64,000 nucleotides of DNA from the human T2T-CHM13v2.0 reference genome, Homo sapiens, in the NCBI RefSeq assembly GCF_009914755.1, contig NC_060928.1; one strand, given 5' to 3'. A program made the translations under genes and the position numbers. A model generated the notes under the pieces. That model was not told the DNA's origin, made no database searches, and was given only the letters and a program-made list of their open reading frames with translations. This document shows, piece by piece, positions 16,966 to 28,899 of the stretch. Numbering within the stretch: position 1 is the stretch's first letter; each line of letters begins with the position of its first letter.

Positions 16966-17120
16966 GTAAATATGCAGAAAAAGAAGTGGAATAAAATATT
17001 GAGAATGGCAGTCATTGATGATTGGATTAGAGATTATTCTTATTTCCTCTTCATTTTTTTTCATTCTATAAATTTCTACATTGAGCCTGTACTGCTTGTC
17101 AACTGAATAAATAAAAAATA
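16966..17120 (+). mobile_element. L1ME-like 3' terminus
   Basis: attttttttcattctataaatttctacattgagcctgtactgctt...aataaataaaaaata. Confidence 0.5.
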
Positions 17121-17859
17121 ATAATCCTTTAGTCAGGTCAAATTCAATTTCTCCAACTTTCACCTAAAATGGCAATGATATTTAAACAAAGTTTAAAAGA
17201 ACTTATAACCCAGAAAACTAGGATCTATAAATGACAGTCAACCCATTGTCAGAATCTGGGAAAAAGCTCATTTTTAATAACTGTAAGGTAAATGGGCTGG
17301 TATAAGTTAGCTCTTCCATTTACAGAGATAATATTAGAATAATTTTTTTCTGCATTCACATGAGGTCATATTATCAGTAATAATTCAAACAGTGTTGGTT
17401 CTTGTGTCTACATACTGCGTTGTTCCAGTCTTTTCAAAGTAGTCCCAAGTTATGAACTGAGTACTCAGATATCTGTTCAGGATTAAGCTCATGTACCTTG
17501 TCATGACTGCTAATCATATTGAATGTGGTGGTTTGTGCCAGATACTACTCCTACTTTCTGTGACTTACACAGTTACTTCATCTGGCACTGCAGTTGGGAT
17601 TGCTGGTTCACTATGAATTGATGTCCCCACCAAATACTCTTTCTTGTGCTTCAGCATCCAGTTACCACAGCTTCTTAGAACTGCAGAAGAGGATGTTGCT
17701 ACTCAGCATCACTGATGCAGCATAAATGACCCTTATTGTATTGAAGCTGTATGGTAGTCCACAGCAAAGAAAAATGATTACTACATTTGCCTCTTGAGTT
17801 TATTAATTTTAAAATTTATTCCACTAGTTTTAATTAAACCCATAAAGTGAACAATAAAA

Positions 17860-18610
17860 CAATATATAAGTAAACATCTTAGTCCTAATTCATACCTCCA
17901 CAGAACTTACATATTTTAGGAGAGAAATAAAGAAATTAGAGAATTTTATGGCAGGGTAAATAATCTAAGCTGAGGAATTGGAGAAAGGAATGGCATTTAA
18001 ATAGAGGTCAACAGAATACAGAGCCATAGAAGAACCTCTAGGAGAGTCTTATTTTTGACATATGGAATAGTCTATACAAAGTCCCTGACACGAGAGAATA
18101 AACATAGTTTTTCTGAATTCTAGTAACCAAATGAGGTCCAGTGTAACTGGAGACTGATGAATATAAAAGGTAAATAAGCTCCAGATTATAAATGATATTA
18201 TAAATCATGGTAAATATTTACATCTTCATTCCAAGGAGGTTGAACGCCATTGAGAGGTTGAAGTGATGAGATGTTTGAAATAACTTTTTGGACACAGTGT
18301 GTAGAATAATTTGGCAGGGGGTCAAGACTGAACAGAGAAAGCATAGTTAAGAAGCTATTGCAAAAAAGAAGTAGAAGCAGGAGAAAAAGAGGAGCAGGAG
18401 GAAGAAGAGGGGGAGGAAAAGGAAGAAGGAGAAGAAGATGCAGGTGAGAGATGATTGAAGCTTTTCACAAGTGAGTAAAAAGAGTAGGGATAGAAAAAAT
18501 ATAGAAAGATTTTTTTGAAAACAGAAATATTTAACAGGACATGGTAGCTGAATATATGGCCAAAGAGAGGAGAATCAAGTATGACTCCCATATTTTAACT
18601 GAGTTCTAGT
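17860..18610 (-). mobile_element. L2 fragment with internal purine-rich (GAG/GAA) low-complexity tract
   Basis: Minus translation GVILDSPL matches L2 RT NLGVILDSSL. Also gttaagaagctattgca...caggtgagagatgat. Confidence 0.75.
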
Positions 18611-18959
18611 AAAGGAATAAAAACAGTAGAGCTAGTGGCACAACAGTTTTCTCAGTTTCACAGAAACTACTTTTTAAATTGTTTCATTGTAGTCCTTACT
18701 TTCTTAGGTTTTGAGACAATTGAACCAAGAGGCTAGGGAAATTGATTCAAGTAACAGGCATCATTCTACTCTTGGGATACCTCCTCCAGTTCTCCCCTGC
18801 TCTTTCTTCTCTTAGGAAAAAATCCTTTCATGACTAAGGGGAATTTGCTACAATAGTTCTGTTTGATTTTGCTACCAGTGTCTCAGTTATTCCCAAGAGT
18901 GGAAAAAGCTTGGATTATTTTTAATATCCTTTTTAGCTCTCATACAACCATATTTGTTT

Positions 18960-19765
18960 ATTTTCAATACTTTAAAAATGATTACTGACTTTACAAAGAT
19001 ACAAACAAAAAATTCAAAACACAATGCAAGGAAATCCCCCCCACAAATGATTTGAGAATAAGTTGTTGACTTGATGCCCTGTGTCCCAAACTTTCTTAAC
19101 CATTTATTTTTTATAAAAACATTCTACTACACAGTCAAAACAAATTCTTCAAAATGGGAAAATTTCGCTCACTTTCTGTCACAATAAAATATTCTATATT
19201 TATTGTCTACTTGTCTGTTCAAGCACTGAAATCAGCCATATCTAAGTATTCTTGATTCCTTTTAAAGAGAAAGAGAAATGATATTTTGAAGCCAGCATCT
19301 AAGCAGTATATATGCCTCTAAGCATATCTCTCAGTAGACAGAAGTTGGGAAATAAATGTGTGTATACGCACACACACACATTTACATTTATTTTTATTTT
19401 TATCTACCTATCTTTCTATCTATATGTTCCTCTAGCTCCTATCCACCCATCCATAGACACCATGGGAACTGATACCATAATACTTTCATTTCCTATCTAC
19501 CAGCAAAAGCTTCATTTTGGTTTTCTCCCTTTAGATATTTGTTCACATTTTTTCGATAGTGAGAGAACTTATTCCATTTCTAGTTATTTACTTGGTCAGT
19601 TCTCCAGTATGTAATCAATCTCTCACGTTGGCCACTGCCTCCTTCCCTGTGTGGATACCCTCCTCATACAATTTGGGGTCCGATACTCTTCTTTAGGCTA
19701 TTGTATCTGTCCCTTTCACCCCCCACCACCCACTTGCTCACCTAATTACTTTAGACCTAAATTGT
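18960..19765 (-). mobile_element. L1MC4a-like 3' UTR fragments
   Basis: gaaatcagccatatctaag...tgattccttttaaagaga; gtggataccctcctcatac...tccgatactc. Confidence 0.55.
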
Positions 19766-19783
19766 TTAGAAAGCGAAGGAAAT

Positions 19784-20423
19784 ACTAATTTACACTCCCA
19801 TTAACAGTGTAAATTAGTTCAACCATTGTGGAAGACAGTGTGGCGATTCCTCAAGGATCTAGAACTAGAAAACTAGAAATACCATTTGACCCAGCAACCC
19901 CATACTGGGAATATACCCAAAGGATTATAAATCATTCTGCTATAAAGACACATGCACATGTATGTTTATTGCGGCACTGTTCACAACAGCAAACACTTGG
20001 AACCAACCCCAATGCCCATTGACGATAGACTGGATAAAGAAAATGTGGCACATATACGCCATGAAATACTATGCAGCCAAGGATGAGGTCATGTCCTTTG
20101 CAGGGACATGGATGACGCTGGAAACCATCATTTTCAGCAAACTAACACAAGAACAGAAAACCAAACACCGCATGTTCTATGAATGAGAGTGGGAGTTGAT
20201 CAATGAGAACACATGGACACAGAGAGGAGAACATCACACACTGGGGCCTGTCAGCGGGTTGGGGGCTAGGGGAGGGATAGCATTAGGAGAAATACCTAAT
20301 GTAGATGACAAGTTGATGAGTGCAGCAAACAGCCATGACACGGGTATACCTATGTAACAAAGCTGCACATTCTGCACATGTACCCCAGAACTTAAAAGTA
20401 TAATTTAAAGAAATGCAAAAAAG
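19784..20423 (+). mobile_element. 5'-truncated L1PA7-like 3' end with ~30-bp 5' inversion
   Basis: L1PA7-type 3' UTR and A-tail. 16-bp TSD gaaagcgaaggaaata (19769-19784) / gaaagtgaaggaaata (20424-20439). Confidence 0.93.
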
Positions 20424-20919
20424 GAAAGTGAAGGAAATAGAAAAAGAACAGGCAAAGGGAGAGAGAAAACATACTTTTATAAGGCTTTTGCCATCAGTTT
20501 GTCTGCTAAGCATACCCAGCAATGATTAAAATCAATTGTTGGACAGTACCACACTAGGGTTCAGGATTAAATTTCCATTACTTAAATTTGTGGTATAAAA
20601 GTCTTTATAAAAACATTTAGTTCCTCCCTATATGTTCTTAATTCACACAGAAATGTAACTAGCAAAAATGATGGCCATGGTTCCTTTACTAACCAAGGGC
20701 TGTGATATTGAGGAACTCATATTGCTAATTCTCTCACTTCTCCATCCTCATCTTTACATTACATATCTTTGACCTATTATCAGATGTGTCATTCCCATAA
20801 ATAAATGAAGAGATAGTAAAGGCATGTGGGTAGAATGAGAAATCTAGTGAGCTCCTTACAAGTTGAGAAATAATGTTCAATATGCAGTGTACTGAAGGTA
20901 AGTGTATGAGCATCTGTTA

Positions 20920-21310
20920 CTTACATTACTCTTTCTGGTAAAAACACATGGTTTCCCTTGGGACCACAGCCATGCATTCTTAGTCCATGAATTTCAATGT
21001 AGTTTACTTTAAGTGTATATATATATCCAGGCAATTGAAGGCAGCATTGCATATCCTTGCCACAGTGAGTGTTTCAGAAATGGGCACAAAATTCAAGACA
21101 GAGTAATCAGAGTCTGAGACTAAATTTCTAGACTTTCGTTGGAGAAACAGTAAGTAATATTTCTTTTTATTTCACTTTTTCTTCTTTCTCATCCTGAAAG
21201 ATATTACATAAGGCTAGAGTTGATTGCAACAATTTTGTGATCATGAAAGTGACAGGTTCTACTTGAGAAAAGAGCCAATAGCAAAGTGATAATGCAGACT
21301 GGATAACATG
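20920..21310 (+). mobile_element. MLT1 (MLT1J/K-like) MaLR LTR remnant
   Basis: ccttgccacagtgagtgtttcagaaatgggcac...gtaatcagagtc...ctagactttcgttgga. Confidence 0.55.
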
Positions 21311-21324
21311 ATTTAAATTTTTGG

Positions 21325-21352
21325 AGATAGATAGATAGATAAATAGAGAGAC

Positions 21353-21392
<40 letters not shown>

Positions 21393-21420
21393 GGATAGAT
21401 GATAGATAGAGAGAGAGACA
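21325..21420. repeat. Compound (AGAT)n tetranucleotide microsatellite
   Basis: 10 perfect AGAT units at 21353-21392 plus imperfect flanking units. Confidence 0.97.
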
Positions 21421-21989
21421 GAGATGTAGGTATATTCCCTAAGTCACTTTTATTTTGTAAGAAAAAATATACATTACTGAAAACATATAAACCTGAATTA
21501 TGCAACACAGACATGAGTCAGTGGTGAGACAAAGCTTTATTTTAGCCTGAGAATGATTGGAAAGCTCATTTTATGGAAATTTAATAAAGAAAATGATCTA
21601 TAGATATATGACTTTGCACCATGGATTTACACATCTAAAAGTTCTCCAGAAACGAATATTTTTCACATGTAGCAATCAAAAGGTTTTGCTTTCAAGAATA
21701 GAGGTAAAACTACAAATACAATTTTCTTCTCAACACATTGTTGTTAGTAAAAAGCTATCTCAATATAGAAAATGCTATGTAATTATAAATAGAAAAATTA
21801 CAGGTCAATGATACATTCATTAGCCTAAGCTGCCATAGAGCTACATGTAGTAATCTAGTTACTGGAAAATGAAAAGTAGAAGAAGATGATTTGTTTTGGG
21901 GTAGGAATCAAGAGTTCAGTTTTGAACGGTTCCAGTTTGATATGCCTTCCCAAATGGAGATATATGAGCAAGATCTTTGAGGCATAATT

Positions 21990-22200
21990 TTCAGGGTCTA
22001 AATAAAGCCTCTTCCACACTCAATCTGTGTGACTTTGGTAAAATACTTTAATTTTTTGTGGCTCCATTTTCTCATCCATAAAATGTTGATGAAAATAAGG
22101 GCAAATATTTCATAGGTTTGTTATGAGAATTAAGTACAACTCATGTAATAAAACAGTGAGACAAGTACCTACAAGTGCCTGATAAATAATATTATTACTA
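21990..22200 (+). mobile_element. MIR
   Basis: ctgtgtgactttggtaaaatactttaa...ttttctcatccataaaatg...cataggtttgttatgagaattaag. Confidence 0.85.
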
Positions 22201-23570
22201 GAGTAGTAAGAGTAGATGGTGAGAAATTGTAATGTTGAGACTATATTTTTAAAGTAGTTGACAAGATTGTCCAGCAGATTGGATAAAAAATTGAGGAAAA
22301 GGGAGGGTGCAAAGACAACTCCAAGAATTTTGTCTTAATCATCTGGGAAATGGAGTTACTATTTAATGAGATGCTAGAGACTAGTGGAGAAACAGTTTGA
22401 AATAAGTGAGGAGAGAATAAACACTTAATCAATAGACAAGTTAAGTTGAAAATGATGATTAGATATCCAGGTGGAGATGTTAACAAGAAGTTGAATATAA
22501 AATCTAGAGTTTTGATCACAGGTCCTAGCTAAAATATAAATTCAGGAGTTCTCACAATATAATTTTATTTTACATCATGGGGATGGACAAGACTGCCAAC
22601 AAAAAAGTGAGTATTTATTCAAAAGGGAATAGATTCTTGATGTAGGGAACTAAAATGTTTAGAGGTTTGATGGGTATAAGACAACCAGCAAAAAGAGACT
22701 GAAGAGTAATGTAAGGTAAGAGGAAACCCAAGAGAGAGTTGTAATCCAGAAGCCAAGTCCAGAAAGCATTAAGTAGCTGTGTCAAATGAGCACAGTTTAT
22801 GCAATAAGAGGACTGAGTTTTGACCATTAGTTTTGCCATTGTAGAAGTCATTGACCCGATAAGAATATTTTTGGTGAAATTGAAGGGCTAAAACTTGGAT
22901 TTGGAGTAAGTTCAAGAGAGAATGAAAGAAGAGAAATGTGGCACTGACCATTACTGTTAATAATACTCTTAAGAATTTTCTGTAGATTGGAGCAGTAGCT
23001 GAAATAGAATATTTGGTTAAGGAGCTTTGTTTTGTTTTGTTATTTTAATATGGGAAATAATATGTTATGTGTGCTAATTGGAAAGATTCATCAGAGTGGG
23101 AATATCTGATGATTCAGAAGAGAGAGAGGACACATATAGAAGCAAAGTCCTTAAATATTGGAAAGAAGCTCTAGTGCCCAAAGGAGAATGTGGCCTTATA
23201 TGCAAGCATAGACAAATCACCAGGGAAACTGACAGAAATTTAGATTATATGCATTCAGATGAAGGTTGGTGTTATATTTGGTAATGGGAGCATGTGAAAT
23301 TTCTTTCTTGGTTGTTTCTAAGCTGTCAGGGAACTAAGAAGTCCTCAGCTGAGAATGAAGAACACGAAATTGTGCTGGGAGTTTGAGGAGAGAGGAGAAG
23401 ATATAAATAATATTCACCTAGGAGAGTGACAGAGACATTCCTTTTTTTAGAGAATTGTAATGGAATGGTCCAGGAGTATCATGGGCCCACCTGAAGTTTG
23501 TGGTGATGAATTTAATATGAGAAAAGTCAGCATGGATGAGTGTTTTTATTTGGTCACATTTAGGTGTTCA
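22201..23570 (-). mobile_element. L2 (L2a-like) RT-region fragment
   Basis: gatatccaggtggagatgttaacaag, tggaaatggagttactatttaatgagatg, agaagtcattgacc. Minus translation (SISLNSNSISQMIKTKFL) is L2-RT-like. Confidence 0.85.
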
Positions 23571-23659
23571 TGTTTTCTATTCGACATTGCTAACCTATGC
23601 CACAGCTTCTTCACCAGCATGGATGCTGTTGCTGTTCTCACATGTGTAACTGTGCCACT

Positions 23660-24188
23660 TGTGATATTTAATTGTATTTGGTAAGGGACGCCCAGAGTGC
23701 TGGCAAAACATTATTTCAGAGTATGTCTGTGAGGGTACTTCGCGAAGAGCTTAGCATTTGTATCAGTAGATTAAGTAAAAAGCCACCCTCACCAATGTGG
23801 ATGGGCATCAACCAAGCCGTTGAGGGGCCAGATCAAACAAAAAGGCAGAGAAATGAAGAAGTCTCTCTCTATATATCTATCTGTCTCTTTGAACTGTGAC
23901 ATCCACCTTCTTCTGCCCTGGACATCTTGGTTCTTAGGGCTTTGGACCACAAGAGTTACACCATTAGCTCTTCTGACTCTCAGGCCTTAAGACTCAGACT
24001 GAAATAGATCACTGACTTTCCTGGTTCCCCAGTTTGTAGATGGCAAATCATGGGACTTGTCAGCCTCCATAATTGTGTGAACCAATTCTTATAATAAATA
24101 TCATCACACACACACACACACACACACACAACACACACACACACACACCCTATTGGTTCTGTTTATCTGAAGAGCCATGACTAGCATA
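23660..24188 (+). mobile_element. MLT2 (ERVL) solo LTR with internal (CA)n
   Basis: gcccagagtgctggcaaaacattattt...cctattggttctgtttatctgaagagccatgact. Perfect 5-bp TSD CCACT at 23655-23659 and 24189-24193. (CA)n at ~24105-24148. Confidence 0.9.
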
Positions 24189-24442
24189 CCACTTGGTCTC
24201 CCCGTGCATCCACACTGACAAAGATGTGTCTATTTACTAGAAGGTCACACTCTAAATACTGAGAAAAATAAACAAATAAATGTAGTTTTAGAAGCTCTAA
24301 TAAAAATATTCATTCTACAAAACGTCTTCTTACTTGACCTCCTGTAGTATTTGTATTTTCACTATTGAATATTATTCATTAAAGTTAAAGCACAGTTTTT
24401 TCAGAAGCCTCCAAATAAAAACAAATAACTGCAGAGAGGTTA

Positions 24443-24466
24443 AACACACACACACACACACACACA
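24443..24466. repeat. (CA)n microsatellite
   Basis: ~11 CA units. Confidence 0.9.
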
Positions 24467-25708
24467 GAAAATCAGAAAATGTTATCTGGATAAGAATGTA
24501 TATTTGCCAGTTACATAGGAAGGTTTTCAATCCCCTTTAAAATTTAATTTAAAATATTAAATTTTAATCTATTTAAGTTGTTTGAATTCTTCCAATTCCT
24601 CAGACGCTACTCAGTTTTGTTCATTGTGGCTATATGATAGAATTCCCTTTATCTACCAGCTTCTCCCAGGATCATTTTTCTTTTCCCTTCTTTATTTTCC
24701 TCCAAAAGAATAGGATAGAATCCGAGAGGATATTTTGAATGGAAATACACATTTTATACTAGATTAACAGGCAACTCAAAAATTCGAATTTTTCATAGTT
24801 TTATCTTTGTTTTCATTTGCAAAAAAACTATGGTTCCTTTGAGCATCCTATGAGCATTTCCTTTTCATTTTTAAGTCACAAGAACGTGAGGGATTCAAAA
24901 GGAGATAATTATATCATAGTGACTTGAAAGACAATGCAAAATAAAAGTAGCCTTCCCTTCAAGAAAACTATATATCCACATTTTATAATTGAGGAAACAA
25001 AGCAGAAAAACAATTATTCTTGGAAAATGTCTGATCTTTATTATTTAAAAATTTTCTCTCTACTTAAGGAGTCGATTTGAAAAGGCAACAGAAAAAAAGG
25101 CAGTTGTCTAAAAGGAACGTATGAGTTTTTTAAGAGAAATGATTATCCGAGAAAAAATAATCAGTAAAAGCATTCAGGGGACATATAAAACAGCCAGGCT
25201 ATAATGGGTTACCATCAGCAAATGATATAAAAGGAAGCCTGTCACAGATTACAAATGATTAGGAAATCAAAGCACACAGTGGGAAGGTGGGCTTACTACT
25301 TCTCAGGGGCAGGAGAAAAAGTAATGTTTGACAAGGTGAGGGTTGGAACTCCTAATAGCTACTTTACTTCACTCATTGACAATTATAATAGAAAAGGAAT
25401 GCTCAGGGCAATAAGAGTTAATGAGAAAAACATGTAACTGGGCAGAATTTGAACCATATTTAGTTTAAAAAATATCTCAGTAGCTTGGAATGTATTCAAA
25501 TCAGCAGAGTATATAATATTCACTGTAGAATATTAATTTTTAGAAAGGCAAATCTAACAATAGAATCATTACAACACATTCTGGAAAACTATAGTTAATT
25601 TTTAAACTGTTCTTTCTTATTTTTAAATCAGAAAACTCTTACATAAGCCTTATAAGAATATAGTAAAAAATAAAAACTCTCTTTTATCACTGTCTACTCC
25701 TCAGGTAG

Positions 25709-26033
<325 letters not shown>

Positions 26034-26444
26034 TGGTTGGTATACTTCTGATCTTTTTTAGAGTCCTAGGCACATACCACAAAAATATAAATACATTACA
26101 TATAAAACTCCATTTGCAAATTCAGGTCTATGAGAAAATTAACTTTAATTTTTCTATCACAAATGTCAAACTTTACATAATGTCCCAATTAGAAACCTAA
26201 TCTCCATTTGTTGTGGGTTTCATACCCCTTTCTCTAGGGTCATGTTTTAGGTCTAGGAAACTTGTCAAGGTATCAGGAGTGGGACCTGAGTGCTGTCACC
26301 TAAGCTAACCCAAAAGTGGACCCAAATTTCCATCCAGTCTTTGATTTTCATTTCATTGAGATTATTACCATGTCCTCCCTCATTTTCAATTCCAAGATCT
26401 TTTTATTTCCACTTGTTCTCTATGTCATATCCCTTCTCTTTTGG

Positions 26445-27122
26445 AGGATGTATCTCACCTAAATAATTGCAATAATCTCTTAGCCATTCTCCTGTTACTT
26501 CTATTTCCCACACAGTCTGTTTCACATGTCAGTCACAGTGATCTAAAACATGAGCCGAATTATGTCAGTCTTCTGCTTAAAGCCCTCCAGTGTATTCCTG
26601 CCTCACCTAAGCACAGTCCAAGTGCTTTTAATGACCTGCAAGGCCCTGTAATTTGGTCTCTACCAATATGACTAATCTTCTGGCACTTTCTGCTTCTTAC
26701 TCTGCTTTGCCCCACTAGTCTCCTGCCAGTTCTGTGACCCCACCAGGCATGCTTCCACCATAAGACCAGCCATTCTACTGTCCTTTTGTTCCTTCTGCCT
26801 ACCATGCTCTTCACACAGATGTCTTTCAGGTGTTTATTTTAAAGTCATTTTCTCAATAAGGCTCTCCACAGTTGCTCTATCTGAGCTTTTGTTCTTATTC
26901 TAGCAATATTTTATATATTCCTTAGAAATTTTCACTAATATCATGTGTATTTTATTTTTATTGTTTTTGCTGTCCATTTCAAACACTACAGTTTAAGTTC
27001 TATGAAGGTAATTTTATTCATTACTATTTTCTCAAGTTCCTGTAATATGTCTAGAATATAGGTAGCAGGCCTTCAAGAAATATACTTTGAATGAATTAAT
27101 GAGTGAGTGAATAAATGAATCA
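26445..27122 (+). mobile_element. L2a 3' portion
   Basis: tctcacctaaataattgcaataatctc...ttctgcttaaagccctccagtg...aaatatactttgaatgaattaatgagtgagtgaataaatgaat. Confidence 0.85.
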
Positions 27123-27489
27123 GTAATGAGAAACTTACTACTGATCCTATCTCATGCTAAGGTCATAAGAAATGCTTCAAGACTTTCCTAGGCCTATTTT
27201 TACTCAATAATTTATTTATTTTTCTACCATGTTAAACATGAGAAGCTGATAGAGATTTTGCTTTTTTGGGATCTTGCCTGGAAATGGCTAATAGATCATT
27301 TCCATCCTAAGATTGCTAAACATGCCTAGAAATTTCATCAGATAGAAAATGTTGCAGCCACAAAACCCTATTTCAGGAACCTATCACCAACCAAGTTCTC
27401 CTTACCTTTAATCCTTTCCTAGTTCTTGGAATACTTTCATAGAAGGAGCATGGTGAAAACTTGATGTATTTTGGCTTATTTATTTAATA

Positions 27490-28895
27490 AACACCTATAT
27501 CAAGAAATAAAATGGCTAGCATCCCTTTGCCTTCCTCCCATCCCCCTAAAGGTAACTGCCATCTTGATATTTGTAATAATTATTTTATAGTTACTTATAA
27601 CTGTATTTATATTTTAACTTAATATAATCATTCATTTGTTTTCTTTTGTAACCTTCTGTTTTCCCTCAAATTTGTTGGTAAGATTCCTCCATGTCATGGT
27701 ATTTAATCACAACTTAGTCATTTTTGTTGCATAGCATTCTCTACACTGTGATTGATTTAGCTATTCTATGTTGATGGCTGAGGGTTTTTACACTTTCTTT
27801 TCTTCTATTATAAAATATGTTAATGTGCATAATATTGTGTATGTATCCAGGTGAACAGGGGCAAATATTTTTCTGAGTCATATCTATGAGAAAATTGCCT
27901 AGACATAGAGAATTGCAGATTTTCATATTTATTATACAATAATAAGCAATTCTTCTGGAATTTCAAATCAATTTTGAAATATTCTTATTGCTCTATGCTC
28001 CTTAATACTTGTTAATGTTAGATACTGTTTATATGCAATTTTAATAGTTGTAAAATAAATTCTACTTGTGGGCTTTAATTAGCACTTTCTGAATTTCTAA
28101 TGAGATTGAGTGATCACCTTTTCCTATGTTCACTAAGTATTTAAACTTTTTTCTGTAAATATTTACTAATACATTTGGCCCAATTTTCCATTATTGTCTG
28201 TCTTTCTTCATAGAATTGTGAACACTAGTCCTGTGTCAATTATATGTGTCTTAAATATCTTCTTCTACATGTAGGTTGTCTTTTATCACTCTGTATGGTA
28301 TGTATTGATTTTAAAAAATCTTCATCTGGAACTTTTTGTGTTTATTTTTAAGAAAACATACTTAGGCAGAGGATATTAATATATTATTCCATGTCATATT
28401 CTGAAAGATGAGTAATTTTGACTTTCATATTAAGACTAATTTACCTTGACTTGCTTTTAAGGTATCGTCTAAGGCAAGATTTCAATACCATTAATTTGCA
28501 TATAAGTTTTCAATTTTGTCATAGTATTTACTGAAAAGCCTACTCTTTCTGACTGATCTTTCAATAAGCCCTCTGTTACATATTGAGTTCCCATATATGT
28601 GTAAGAGGATATTTATAGTTAATATTTTGTTTCATCAGTCTATTTCCAAATATTACACTGCCTTTGTAACTATAGCTTATATTATGTCATGTGTTGATAT
28701 CTTTCATCTTGTCCTATTTCTTTAATAGTGTTTTGACCTTTGACCTTATTTGACCTCTGCACATATTTTAGAAATCAAATATGAATTTAGGAAGAGCTGA
28801 AATCTTTGTAATATTGAATTCTTCAATTTATGATTATGATATATATCTCCATTTATTTATTATTAAATTTCACTCAATAAAATTGTATGATTTTA
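27490..28895 (-). mobile_element. Old L1ME-like ORF2 3' region
   Basis: aaaggtaactgccatcttgat; ttctaatgagattgagtgatc; atgaatttaggaagagctgaaatctttgtaatattgaattcttcaatttatga. Confidence 0.7.
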
Positions 28896-28899
28896 TAAC

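Noticed and set aside
18362-18445. GAG/GAA purine tract encoding poly-Ser or poly-Glu
   Set aside because: Low-complexity expansion inside an L2 fossil, not a coding exon
25180-25342. Two TATAAAA boxes followed by a donor-like aag|gtgagg
   Set aside because: TATA motifs are common in DNA this AT-rich, and there is no CpG island or other promoter evidence
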